DNA from: Nocardioidaceae bacterium
GTDB taxonomy: Bacteria > Actinomycetota > Actinomycetes > Propionibacteriales > Nocardioidaceae
Reading direction: 5' to 3'
DNA length: 62,415 nucleotides
Assembly: GCA_025927955.1 (NCBI GenBank)
Contig: JAICKK010000001.1
Location: forward strand, 1-62,415
Made by a program: the position numbers and the translations under genes. Of this stretch, positions 28,092 through 37,567 are shown piece by piece. The notes under the pieces are model-generated. The model made no database searches, was not told the origin of the DNA, and was given only the letters and a program-made list of their open reading frames with translations. Position 1 is the first letter of the stretch; the number at the start of each line of letters is the position of its first letter.

Positions 28092-28792
28092 CCGACCTGA
28101 ACCAGAACACCGACTTCCTCTATCCGTTCATCGAGGGGACCGAGCACGACCCGGACAGCCTGCTGCTCGACCTGGCGTCCTCGGCCCGGGGCAAGGCGGA
28201 GGTCAGCGCCCGGCTGCAGCAGGCGTCGCTGGAGGAGTACGAGGATCGGCTGCGGGCGGCCGGGGCCGAGATGGCGGACCGGTTCGCGCGCGGCGGTCGG
28301 CTCTACACCTTCGGCAACGGCGGGAGCTCCACCGATGCCGCGACCCTGGCCTCCCTGTTCTGTCGGCCGGTCCGTGGCCGCGCCGTACCCGCCTGGTCCC
28401 TGGCCGCGGACCAGGCGGTGGTCACGGCGCTCGGCAACGACGTCGGGTTCGAGCTGATCTTCTCCCGACAGGTGATCGCCCACTCGAGGCCGGTCGACAT
28501 GGCGATCGCACTGTCGACGTCCGGGAACTCCGAGGACCTGATCAGGGCGCTCACCGAGGCCAGGAGACGCGGTCTGCTCACGATCGGGTTCGCCGGCCAC
28601 GAAGGTGGTGCGATGTCGACCAGTGACGACGTCGACTACTGCTTCACCGTGCACTCCCAGAGCATCCACCGCATCCAGGAGAGCCATGCCCGGCTCGGGT
28701 ACCGGCTGTGGTCGGTGGTCCAGGAGGAGACGCAGCGAAGGACGACCGCGTTGTTGGCCGCAGGCAGGTCCGACCCTGGAGGGAACCGATGA
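28088..28792 (+). CDS. SIS-domain GmhA-like protein of hydrogenase clusters
   Basis: FGNGGS, TALGNDVGF..IFSRQ, STSGNS, HRIQE. Confidence 0.88.
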   Translation: MTDLNQNTDFLYPFIEGTEHDPDSLLLDLASSARGKAEVSARLQQASLEEYEDRLRAAGAEMADRFARGGRLYTFGNGGSSTDAATLASLFCRPVRGRAVPAWSLAADQAVVTALGNDVGFELIFSRQVIAHSRPVDMAIALSTSGNSEDLIRALTEARRRGLLTIGFAGHEGGAMSTSDDVDYCFTVHSQSIHRIQESHARLGYRLWSVVQEETQRRTTALLAAGRSDPGGNR

Positions 28793-29892
28793 CCAGCGAG
28801 GCCGTGACGTCGCACGTGGAGCGCGAAGACCGGATGCTGCTCAAGATCGAGGAGTTCCGCAAGCGCCGCCCGCGGCTGATCGACGAGGTCATCACCCTCG
28901 CCCACGGCGCCGGAGGCAAGTCGTCGGCAGCACTGACCGACAACGTCTTCGTGGAGGCGTTCCGCAACCCCGAGCTGGAGCAGCTCGGGGACGGTGCGCT
29001 CCTCACTCTGCCGTCTCTGGAAAGGCTCGCCTTCTCCACCGACTCCTTCGTCGTGCAGCCGGTCGAGTTCCCGGGCGGCACGATCGGGCACCTGGCCGTG
29101 CACGGGACGGTCAACGACCTCGCCGTCAGCGGGGCCGTGCCGCGCTGGCTGTCGGCGGCGTTCGTGATCGAGGAAGGCTTCGAGATCTCTCGGCTCCGCT
29201 CCATCGTGGCGGACATGAAGGCGGCGGCCGATGCCGCCGGGGTGCAGATCGTCACCGGGGACACGAAGGTGGTTGCCAGGGGGGCGGCCGACGGGCTCTA
29301 CATCAACACGTCCGGGGTCGGGGTGGTCCCCGCGGGGCGGGAGCTCGGAGCACACCTCGTGCAGCCCGGCGACCGGCTGGTCCTCTCCGGGACCCTGGGC
29401 GACCACGGCATGGCGGTGATGCTGGCCCGTGGGGACCTCGCCATCGAGGCCGACGCCATCGTCTCCGACACCGCCCCTGTCCACGAGATGGTCGAGGCCC
29501 TGCTCGCGGCCGCCCGGGGCACCCGCTGGATGCGCGACGCCACCCGCGGCGGGCTCGGCACGGTCTGCAACGAGCTCGCCCAGACCGCAGGCATCGGCGT
29601 GATCCTCGACGAGGCGACCCTCCCCGTGCAGCCCGAGGTGCTCGGCGCCTGCGACATGCTCGGCATCGACCCCATCTACGTCGCGAACGAGGGCAAGTTC
29701 GTCGCGGTGGTGCCGGAGAGCGAGGCCGAGGCCGCCGTCGCTGCGCTGCGGGCACACCCGATGGGTCATCGCGCGGCGGTCATCGGGCAGGTGGTCGAGG
29801 CTCCCGCCGGCATGGTGGCGTTGCGCACTCCGTTCGGCGGCAGCCGGATCGTCGACATGCTCGTCGGCGACCCGCTGCCGAGAATCTGCTGA
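28789..29892 (+). CDS. hypE: Hydrogenase maturation protein HypE
   Basis: LAHGAGG, TDSFVV, GTVNDLA, GDTKVV, MRDATRGG, terminal PRIC. Confidence 0.97.
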   Translation: MTSEAVTSHVEREDRMLLKIEEFRKRRPRLIDEVITLAHGAGGKSSAALTDNVFVEAFRNPELEQLGDGALLTLPSLERLAFSTDSFVVQPVEFPGGTIGHLAVHGTVNDLAVSGAVPRWLSAAFVIEEGFEISRLRSIVADMKAAADAAGVQIVTGDTKVVARGAADGLYINTSGVGVVPAGRELGAHLVQPGDRLVLSGTLGDHGMAVMLARGDLAIEADAIVSDTAPVHEMVEALLAAARGTRWMRDATRGGLGTVCNELAQTAGIGVILDEATLPVQPEVLGACDMLGIDPIYVANEGKFVAVVPESEAEAAVAALRAHPMGHRAAVIGQVVEAPAGMVALRTPFGGSRIVDMLVGDPLPRIC

Positions 29893-29920
29893 CACCTCGA
29901 CTCTCCGAGAGGACTCCACC

Positions 29921-30193
29921 ATGTGCTTGGGAATACCGGGTCAGGTCGTCGCCTTCACCGACGCCGGGCAAGACCTCGCGAAGGTGTCGGTGAACGGGGT
30001 GCAGAGGGTGATCAGCGTCCGCCTGCTCGCCGACCAGGGGCTGACCGAAGGTGACTGGGTGCTCGTGCACGTCGGCTTCGCGATGGCGAAGATCGACGAG
30101 GTCGAGGCCCAGCTGACCCTCGACCAGGTCAAGAAGATGGGCAGCGACTACACCAACGAGATCGACGCCTTCAACTCCTCACAGATCGCCTAG
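29921..30193 (+). CDS. hypC: HypC/HupF hydrogenase chaperone (copy 2)
   Basis: MCLGIPG, WVLVHVGFA. Confidence 0.95.
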   Translation: MCLGIPGQVVAFTDAGQDLAKVSVNGVQRVISVRLLADQGLTEGDWVLVHVGFAMAKIDEVEAQLTLDQVKKMGSDYTNEIDAFNSSQIA

Positions 30194-30234
30194 CGGCGAC
30201 ACGCGATACGACACAGGATCACGAGGTACGCACC

Positions 30235-31368
30235 ATGAAGTTCGTTGACGAGTTCCGGGACCCGGCTGCGGCGCGCGGGCTGGTCAGGTCGATCACCAGG
30301 CTCGCCGGTGACGACGTGTTCAAGTTCATGGAGGTCTGTGGCGGTCACACGCACACCATCTACCGCCATGGCATCGAGCACATCCTGCCGCCCGGCATCG
30401 AGCTCGTGCACGGACCCGGCTGCCCCGTCTGCGTGATCCCGATGGGCCGCGTCGACGACGCGATGTGGCTCGCCGAGCAGCCCGGGGTCATCTTCACCAC
30501 GTTCGGGGACATGATGCGGGTCCCGGGTTCCCGGGGCAGCCTGCTCGACGCGAAGGCGCGGGGTGCGGACACCCGGTTCGTCTACTCGCCGCTGGACGCG
30601 CTCAAGATCGCGGTCGACAACCCGGACAGCCACGTCGTCTTCTTCGCGGTGGGGTTCGAGACGACCGCCCCTTCGACGGCGGTCACGCTGGTGCGCGCCA
30701 AGCAGCTGGGCCTGAGGAACTTCTCGGTCTTCTGCAACCACGTGACGATCGTCCCGCCGATTCGCGCGATCCTGGAGTCGCCCGACCTGCGACTGTCCGG
30801 GTTCCTGGGCCCGGGGCACGTCTCCACCGTGGTCGGCACCCGGCCGTACCGGTTCGTGCCAGAGGTGTACGGCAAGCCGTTGGTCGTGGCCGGGTTCGAG
30901 CCTCTCGACATCCTGGCCACCGTTCACATGCTGTTGCAGCAGATCCGTGACGGACGCTGCGAGGTGGAGAACCAGTACGGTCGCGTGGTCAGGGAGGAGG
31001 GCAACGTCGCGGCCCTGAGGCTGCTCGCCGAGACCATGACCCTGCGGCCGCACTTCGAGTGGCGCGGGCTCGGCTTCATCTCGCAGAGTGCATTGAAGAT
31101 CAACGACGGCTACGCCGACTTCGACGCGGAGGTGCGCTTCTCGATGCCCGGCATCCGGGTCGCGGACCCCAAGGCCTGCCAGTGCGGCGAGGTCCTCAAG
31201 GGTGTGATCAAGCCGTGGGAGTGCAAGGTCTTCGGCACCGCCTGCACACCCGAGACGCCGATCGGCACCTGCATGGTCTCGCCCGAGGGCGCCTGCGCCG
31301 CCTACTACAACTTCGGTCGGATGCACCGGGAGGCGGCGGACATGATCGGAGCGACGGCAAGCGTCTGA
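30235..31368 (+). CDS. hypD: Hydrogenase maturation protein HypD
   Basis: MEVCGGHT, GPGCPVC, GFETT, PGHVS, CMVS.EGAC. Confidence 0.97.
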   Translation: MKFVDEFRDPAAARGLVRSITRLAGDDVFKFMEVCGGHTHTIYRHGIEHILPPGIELVHGPGCPVCVIPMGRVDDAMWLAEQPGVIFTTFGDMMRVPGSRGSLLDAKARGADTRFVYSPLDALKIAVDNPDSHVVFFAVGFETTAPSTAVTLVRAKQLGLRNFSVFCNHVTIVPPIRAILESPDLRLSGFLGPGHVSTVVGTRPYRFVPEVYGKPLVVAGFEPLDILATVHMLLQQIRDGRCEVENQYGRVVREEGNVAALRLLAETMTLRPHFEWRGLGFISQSALKINDGYADFDAEVRFSMPGIRVADPKACQCGEVLKGVIKPWECKVFGTACTPETPIGTCMVSPEGACAAYYNFGRMHREAADMIGATASV

Positions 31369-31380
31369 CCGGGCGGAGGA

Positions 31381-32157
31381 GTGGGAACCGGGGCGCTCGC
31401 GGGACGTCGGCTCTTCGCGCAGTACGCCTATGCACCGAACGCCCTGGGCTACTGCGGGCCGGAGGGGTCGGCGGCACTGCTCGCGGTGGCCTGCGGCAGG
31501 GGCGACGATGTCGACGTGCCGGCGCTTGCGAAGAGGTTCTCCGGCGCCTGGCCCTACCAGAAGGTGCTCGCCGAACTGGCGCGAGCCGACCCGCTCGACG
31601 CCCGGGTGGTTCGGGCGTACTGGACCGGCAACGAGCTGACAGACCGGGTGGACCGGGCGAAGTTCGGTCCGGCCCTGCTCGACCGCATCCGGCCGGTCGC
31701 CGGCAGCTACTGGTCGCACCTGGGCGACGACCTGCTCACCGAGGCCGCTCCCACCCACGCCTTCCACGTCCTCGCCGTCTACCCCTGGTCGCGTCTGCTC
31801 GATGCGGGGCAGTCCGAGCCGCTCAGGGTGCTCGACTCGTGCCGGATCGCCTCGGCCGGCGTGCTGGCCGTCGAGCCCGACCACCTGGTCGTCGCCTCGC
31901 GGCACCTCGAGTACGCCGACGGTGTGCTGTCTCTCGGACCTGAGCAGGAGGAGCAGGTCGGCTACCGGGTCGGCGGCGCGTCGTTCGTCGACGAAGTGCA
32001 GCCTGGGGACGTGGTCGCCGTCCACTGGGGCTTCGTGTGCGACCGGCTCACCCGGGAGCAGACGCACAGCCTCGCTCGGTGGACGGACTGGCAACTGGCG
32101 GCCATGGCGCCCCGGTTGGCCCGGGCATCGAAGGGCGCACCGATGGGCGAGCGATGA
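31381..32157 (+). CDS. DUF6390 family hydrogenase-cluster protein
   Basis: FAQYAYAPN.LGYCGP, GAWPY, AYW.GN, H.FHV, DSCRI, VHW. Confidence 0.85.
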   Translation: MGTGALAGRRLFAQYAYAPNALGYCGPEGSAALLAVACGRGDDVDVPALAKRFSGAWPYQKVLAELARADPLDARVVRAYWTGNELTDRVDRAKFGPALLDRIRPVAGSYWSHLGDDLLTEAAPTHAFHVLAVYPWSRLLDAGQSEPLRVLDSCRIASAGVLAVEPDHLVVASRHLEYADGVLSLGPEQEEQVGYRVGGASFVDEVQPGDVVAVHWGFVCDRLTREQTHSLARWTDWQLAAMAPRLARASKGAPMGER

Positions 32158-32636
32158 CCCGGCGCGTCCTGGTGGCCGGTATCGGGAACCTCCTCCTGCG
32201 CGACGACGGCTTCGGACCCGAGGTGGCCCGCCGTCTGGCCCAGCAGCCGTCGACCCTCCCCGAGGGGGTCCGGGTCGTCGACTACGGCATCCGAGGCATG
32301 CACCTGGCCTACGACCTCCTCGACGGCTACGACGCGCTGGTGATCGTGGACGCGCTGCCCGGCGAGGGCGCGCCCGGCGACCTCACCATGCTCGAGGTCG
32401 GCGAGAACGACCTGGGATCCGGGATGTTCGACCCGCACGGCATGGACCCGGTGGCCGTGCTGGCCAGCCTGGACCAGCTCGGCGGCCGACTGCCCCGGAC
32501 GTACGTCGTCGGCTGTCTGCCCGCGGACGTCGGGGAGGGGATCGGGCTGTCCGAGCCGGTGACCGCCGCAGTTCCACAGGCGGTCGAGGCCGTCCAGGTG
32601 CTCACCCGACGCTTGTGGCGCCCCACCACCTGCTGA
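32154..32636 (+). CDS. Hydrogenase maturation protease
   Basis: VAGIGNLLLRDDGFG, DYGIRG, IVDA, DPH. Confidence 0.93.
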   Translation: MTRRVLVAGIGNLLLRDDGFGPEVARRLAQQPSTLPEGVRVVDYGIRGMHLAYDLLDGYDALVIVDALPGEGAPGDLTMLEVGENDLGSGMFDPHGMDPVAVLASLDQLGGRLPRTYVVGCLPADVGEGIGLSEPVTAAVPQAVEAVQVLTRRLWRPTTC

Positions 32637-32906
32637 GCCGGCGCTGATTGGCGGCGGCTGGGGTGGTGGCGGGCGCGGTGGCGGAGATGCGGGGACATCG
32701 GCGCGCCCGAGGGGCGGCCGGGCTCGAGCGCTGCGGAAGGTGAAGAAAGTTCTGGCGGCGGCGGTGTAAGACGCGGCATCGGACGCGCAGCGAAGGTGTA
32801 TGCGCGCTCATCCGGCTGGTCGGCACGGCCGCCCTCCCCAGGTCGACCCGGGCCGTGTCCCCGCCGCCTGCGAGGTGGGACCGTGACGGCGGTCGGGTCG
32901 GCCTGT

Positions 32907-33536
32907 ATGGGCACGTCGACGGCTGTCGGCGAGGACTGGGTGCGGGCGTTGAGCGTGCCGGGTCCGTTGCAGGACGAGGCGATGAGCCTCCTGCACGACC
33001 TGATGCTGCGGGCGGCCCGGCGGCAGGTGCTCCGGATGACGCCGATGCTCGGCGGCGTCGGTCTCGACGTCGTCGACGAGATCGCCCACCAGTCCGCCAA
33101 CGACGCCATGATGGCGGTGCTGGCCAAGCTCGGCTCGTTCGAGGGGCGCAGCAGGTTCACGACGTGGGCCTACAAGTTCGCCGTCCTCCAGGCCGCCACG
33201 GACGTGCGCCGCCGCGTCTGGCGGGAGCGCGCCGTGGACGTCGACCGGCTGGAGCTGGTCCCCGACCGCGGCGCGACCTCGGAGCAGTACGCCGAGGCCG
33301 TGGACCTCGCGTCCGCCGTACGCCATGCCATCAACACGGTGCTCTCGCAGCACCAGCGGCGCATCCTGCTCGCGCTCGTCGTCGAGGAGGTGCCCGTCGA
33401 CGTGCTCGCGGACCGGCTCGGGGCCACCCGGAACGCGCTCTACAAGACGTTGCACGACGCCAGGAAGCGGCTCCGCGCGCACCTGCGCGAGACCGGGCAC
33501 CTGGCCGACCTCACCTCCCAGGCAGGAACCCCATGA
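32907..33536 (+). CDS. ECF RNA polymerase sigma factor
   Basis: Region 2 FEGRSRFTTWAYK; region 4 TRNALYKTLHDARKRLR; start could be GTG 32883. Confidence 0.9.
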   Translation: MGTSTAVGEDWVRALSVPGPLQDEAMSLLHDLMLRAARRQVLRMTPMLGGVGLDVVDEIAHQSANDAMMAVLAKLGSFEGRSRFTTWAYKFAVLQAATDVRRRVWRERAVDVDRLELVPDRGATSEQYAEAVDLASAVRHAINTVLSQHQRRILLALVVEEVPVDVLADRLGATRNALYKTLHDARKRLRAHLRETGHLADLTSQAGTP

Positions 33537-33817
33537 ACCGCAGGTACCGTCCTCTCGCGCCCGGGCTCGTGGCCCGCCTCACCCTGGACACCGACCCCTG
33601 GCTGTCCTGCGACGACTGCTTCCGCCTCGTGGACCAGTACGTCGAGGAGCTGCTCGAGGCGCCCGCGGGCGCGGCGCCGGACGCCCCCGCGATGCTCGCG
33701 CACCTGCGGGGCTGCCCTGCCTGCGCCGACGAGACGACGACCCTGCTCCTGCTCGCAGCCGAGGATCGGGGACTCGACCCCGGTGTCGCCGTCGCCCGGC
33801 TCAGGGAGCGCTCGTGA
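33533..33817 (+). CDS. Small soluble zinc-binding anti-sigma-like protein (HxxxCxxC)
   Basis: LSCDDC...HLRGCPAC; ATGA overlap with the sigma gene. Confidence 0.8.
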   Translation: MNRRYRPLAPGLVARLTLDTDPWLSCDDCFRLVDQYVEELLEAPAGAAPDAPAMLAHLRGCPACADETTTLLLLAAEDRGLDPGVAVARLRERS

Positions 33818-34458
33818 GCGCCGCCATCGTCCTCGCTGGCCTCACGCGGGCCTTCGACGGCGCCGCGGCCGTCTCCCACCTCCACCTCAGCGTCGACGTC
33901 GGGGAGGTCGTGCTCGTCGAGGGCTCGAACGGCTCGGGCAAGTCGACGCTGCTGAAGGTGGTGGCCACCGCGTTGTCCCCCACGTTCGGCTCGGGCTCTG
34001 TTCTGGGCGCGGACCTGGTCAGGGACCGGTCCTGGATCCGCGGCCGCGTCGAGCTCCTGGGCCACGAGCCGCGCGCGTACGCCGACCTGACCGCCGTCGA
34101 GAACCTCCGGTTCGTGTGCGCGCTGTACGGCCTCCCCGGGGCACTCGCAGAGCCGGCGCTCGAGCGGGTGGGCCTCGCCGAGGTCGCGTCCGTGCGCGCG
34201 GGCAGCTTCTCCCGCGGCATGCGCCAGCGGCTGGCTCTCGCCCGCGCGGTGATGCGCGACCCGGACGTGCTGCTCCTCGACGAGCCCTACTCGGGCCTGG
34301 ACGCCCTCGCCCGGCTCCTCGTGGAGGACCTGGTCGACGAGGCGCGGGAGCGAGGACACACCGTCCTGCTGGCCAGCCACGAGCGTCCGCGCCCCGGGCT
34401 CGTCCACCGGACCGTCCGGATGGATGCCGGCCGCCTGCGGGAGGAGGCCCGGACGTGA
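33814..34458 (+). CDS. ccmA: Heme exporter ABC ATPase CcmA
   Basis: GSNGSGKS, FSRGMRQR, LLDEP; context. Confidence 0.88.
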   Translation: MSAAIVLAGLTRAFDGAAAVSHLHLSVDVGEVVLVEGSNGSGKSTLLKVVATALSPTFGSGSVLGADLVRDRSWIRGRVELLGHEPRAYADLTAVENLRFVCALYGLPGALAEPALERVGLAEVASVRAGSFSRGMRQRLALARAVMRDPDVLLLDEPYSGLDALARLLVEDLVDEARERGHTVLLASHERPRPGLVHRTVRMDAGRLREEART

Positions 34459-35129
34459 GCGTGGTACCCGCGGTGATGTCCGCCGTCGCCGCCAAGGACC
34501 TCCGGATGGAGGCCCGCGGCCGGCACGCGGCGTCCTCGGTGATGCCGTTCGCGGTCACGATGCTGCTCGCCTTCGGGTTCGCCCTGGGCCCCGACCGGCC
34601 GCTGCTCGCGCAGACCGCGGCCGGGCTGCTCTGGCTGTCCGCCACCTTCGCGGCCGTCGACCTGTTCCACCGGGCCTACCGCACGGAGTCCGACGACGGC
34701 GCGCTGGGCGGGCTGCTCCTCGCGCCCGGCGCCGCCGGCGGGGTCTACCTGGGGAAGGCGGCGGCCGCCGCTGTCCAGCTGTGGCTGCTCGTGGTGGCGA
34801 CCGGTCTCCTGGTCGCCCTGCTGTTCGGCCTCCCCGTGACCCACCATCCCCTGCTCCTGCTGATGGTCGCGGCCGCCGGCGTCGTCGGGCTGAGTGCGAT
34901 CGGCAGCCTGTTCGGCCTGCTCACGGTCCTCGGCCGGCGCCAGGCGGCGCTGCCGGTCCTCGTCCTGCCCCTGGTGTCGCCGGTCCTGATCGCCGCCATC
35001 CGCGCCACCCAGGCCGCTGTCTCCGGCGATCCCGGACAGGCCGCCGGCTGGCTGAGCGTCCTGGCCGCCTTCGATGCGGCGTTCCTGGCCCTCGGCTACC
35101 TGGTCTACGGCCACCTGCTGGAGGACTGA
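34455..35129 (+). CDS. ccmB: Heme exporter permease CcmB
   Basis: KDLRMEAR, YRTESDDGAL..LLL, YLGK, LPVLVLPLVSPV. Confidence 0.88.
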   Translation: MSVVPAVMSAVAAKDLRMEARGRHAASSVMPFAVTMLLAFGFALGPDRPLLAQTAAGLLWLSATFAAVDLFHRAYRTESDDGALGGLLLAPGAAGGVYLGKAAAAAVQLWLLVVATGLLVALLFGLPVTHHPLLLLMVAAAGVVGLSAIGSLFGLLTVLGRRQAALPVLVLPLVSPVLIAAIRATQAAVSGDPGQAAGWLSVLAAFDAAFLALGYLVYGHLLED

Positions 35130-35193
35130 CGCCGCGCACCGGCCCCTGTCGTCGAGAGATCGAGATGCACCACCCGGAAGGAACGAGGAACCC

Positions 35194-36588
35194 ATGAGCC
35201 AACAGCGAGGCCCGACACCGCGTCGTACCCTCCCCAGACGTCGCGTGCTCGCGGCGGCCGGCGTCGCAGCCGCGTGCGCGGTGGCCGTCACGGTCTCCCT
35301 CGTCGCGAGCGCCTCCCCCGACCTCGCCGCGTCCACGGGCGCCACGGCCGGGACCGCGGTGGCCCAGCAGGCGGCCCAGCAGGCGTCGCAGCGGCTGGTG
35401 AGCGAGGGACAGCAGACCTTCCGGTTCGACACCTTCGGCGACGAGGCGTTCTGGGGCGGCACCCTGCACCTGGACCAGGCCATCGAGGGTGCGGCGCACG
35501 GTGGTGTCGGGCCCGGCCTGAGCCCCCGCACCGCGCTGGGCGTCGGGCTCAAGGTCGACTCGGCCGCCCTGCCCTCCACCGTCAAGGACGCCATCACCTC
35601 GGGCCAGGTCGACCTCGACGACCCGGCGGTGACCCTGCAGCTGCTCAAGCTGAACTCGGTGGTCGGGGTCAAGGGCGTCTTCGACTCGTCCGGCAACCTG
35701 CGCTCGGTCGGCATCGAGTGCGCGCTGTGCCACTCGACGGTCGACGACTCCCTCGCGCCCGGCATCGGCAAGCGGCTTGACGGCTGGGCGAACCGGGACC
35801 TGAACGTCGGCGCGGTCGTGTCGCTGGCGCCGAACCTGCAGCCGGTCGCCTCCCTCCTGCACACCGACGTCGCCACCGTCAAGAAGGTGCTCGGCGCCTG
35901 GGGTCCGGGCAAGTTCGACGCCGAGCTGTTCCTCGACGGCAAGGGCTTCCAGCCCGACGGCCGCAGCGCCGCGACGCTGCTTCCGCCGGCGTTCGGGATG
36001 CTCGGCGTCAACCAGCACACGTGGACCGGCTGGGGCTCGATCACCTACTGGAACGCCTTCGTCGCGAACCTCGAGATGCACGGGCAGGGCACCTTCACCG
36101 ACGCCCGCCTCGACGACGCCAGGCAGTTCCCGATCGCGGCCGAGAACCACTTCGGGCACACCAGGGCACCGGTGGACCGGATCACCCCCAAGCTCGCCGG
36201 GCTGCAGGCCTACCAGCTCTCCCTGGCCGCGCCCAAGCCGCCGAAGGGCAGCTTCGACGCGGCGGCCGCCGCCCGCGGCGGGAAGCTCTTCAACGGTACG
36301 GCGCAGTGCTCGACCTGCCACGTGCCGCCGCTGTTCACCGAGCCCGGGTTCAACATGCACAGCGGCGCGGAGATCGGCATCGACAGCTTCGAGGCCGACC
36401 GGTCCCCCTCGCACATGTACCGGACCAGCCCGCTCGCGGGGCTGTGGACGCACCAGAAGGGCGGCTTCTACCACGACGGCCGGTTCGCGGACCTGCTCGC
36501 GGTGGTCCGCCACTACGACCAGACGTTCGACCTGCACCTGACCTCAGGTCAGCAGCATGACCTCGTCGAGTACCTCAAGTCGCTCTAG
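35194..36588 (+). CDS. Secreted diheme c-type cytochrome, distantly bCcP/MauG-like, function unknown
   Basis: Arg-rich signal peptide; CALCH and CSTCH; YRTSPLAGLW...FYHDGRF...LVEYLKSL. Confidence 0.85.
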   Translation: MSQQRGPTPRRTLPRRRVLAAAGVAAACAVAVTVSLVASASPDLAASTGATAGTAVAQQAAQQASQRLVSEGQQTFRFDTFGDEAFWGGTLHLDQAIEGAAHGGVGPGLSPRTALGVGLKVDSAALPSTVKDAITSGQVDLDDPAVTLQLLKLNSVVGVKGVFDSSGNLRSVGIECALCHSTVDDSLAPGIGKRLDGWANRDLNVGAVVSLAPNLQPVASLLHTDVATVKKVLGAWGPGKFDAELFLDGKGFQPDGRSAATLLPPAFGMLGVNQHTWTGWGSITYWNAFVANLEMHGQGTFTDARLDDARQFPIAAENHFGHTRAPVDRITPKLAGLQAYQLSLAAPKPPKGSFDAAAAARGGKLFNGTAQCSTCHVPPLFTEPGFNMHSGAEIGIDSFEADRSPSHMYRTSPLAGLWTHQKGGFYHDGRFADLLAVVRHYDQTFDLHLTSGQQHDLVEYLKSL

Positions 36589-36615
36589 CAGAGCAGCCAG
36601 GAAGGGAGACGGCCG

Positions 36616-37419
36616 ATGAACATCCTCGACGGCGCGATGGTCGCGATGGGGACGAGGAGAGCCCAGCGCGTGCTGGCCCTCGCCACCCTCGCGGCCCTCG
36701 CGGCCACCGCGGTCGCGGGACTGTACGTCGTGCCGCCCGACGTCGAGCAGGGGGACGTGCAGCGGCTGATGTACGTGCACGTCCCCGCGGCGTGGCTGGC
36801 GTTCCTGTCCTTCGGAGTGGTGTCCCTGGCGAGCCTTGCGTACCTGCGCACGGGCCGGATCCGCTGGGACCGGGTCGCGGTGGCCTCGGCCGAGATCGGC
36901 GTGCTGTTCTGCACGCTGACCATCGTCCTGGGGTCGCTGTGGGGGCGCCCCGTGTGGGGAGCCTGGTGGACCTGGGACCCGCGGCTGACCACCACCGTCG
37001 TGCTGCTGCTGGTCTACGTCGCCTACCTGTCCCTGCGACGGGTCGCCGACAGCGCGGCGCGCCGGGCCCAGTGGTCGGCGGTCGTCGGGGTCGTCGGGTT
37101 CGTCGACGTGCCGATCGTGCACATGTCGGTGGTCTGGTGGCGCTCGCTGCACCAGGAGGCCACCGTGCTGCGGCCGGGCGCACCCACGATGGACACCTCG
37201 ATGCTGGCGACGCTGCTGCTCGGCGTGCTGGCGTTCTCGCTGGCCTACACGTACCTGATGACGGTGCGGCTGCGCGTCGGCCGGCTCGAGGACCACGCGG
37301 CCGGCACGGTGATGTCGCGTCCGGCCCCACGCGCCGGCGTCCCTCGCCGGCCCGGCCCGGTCGTCGTCGGTGGGACCGTCGCACGGACCGCCGGAAGGGC
37401 CGGTGGGCTCGATGCATGA
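36616..37419 (+). CDS. ccmC: Heme chaperone-loading protein CcmC
   Basis: YVHVP, WWD motif WGAWWTWDPRLT, WRSLHQ. Confidence 0.93.
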   Translation: MNILDGAMVAMGTRRAQRVLALATLAALAATAVAGLYVVPPDVEQGDVQRLMYVHVPAAWLAFLSFGVVSLASLAYLRTGRIRWDRVAVASAEIGVLFCTLTIVLGSLWGRPVWGAWWTWDPRLTTTVVLLLVYVAYLSLRRVADSAARRAQWSAVVGVVGFVDVPIVHMSVVWWRSLHQEATVLRPGAPTMDTSMLATLLLGVLAFSLAYTYLMTVRLRVGRLEDHAAGTVMSRPAPRAGVPRRPGPVVVGGTVARTAGRAGGLDA

Positions 37420-37567
37420 CGTGGGCTACGTGGCTGCCGGCTACGCCGCGACGGCGGCCGGGATGGCCTGGTACCGCTGGCGGCTGGCCAGGCGGGCCGT
37501 TCGTGCCCGCCGGGTGGTCGCCGCGCTCACCGGCCGCCCGGCCCGGACGGGACGGCCGCGCGGATGA
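37412..37567 (+). CDS. ccmD: CcmD-like small membrane protein
   Basis: YVAAGY TM plus basic tail; overlaps both ccmC and ccmE. Confidence 0.65.
   Translation: MHDVGYVAAGYAATAAGMAWYRWRLARRAVRARRVVAALTGRPARTGRPRG

Noticed and set aside
35194-35260. Tat export of the diheme cytochrome (PRRRVL)
   Set aside because: The motif is imperfect, Arg-rich Sec leaders are common in actinobacteria, and Ccm substrates are normally exported unfolded by Sec.
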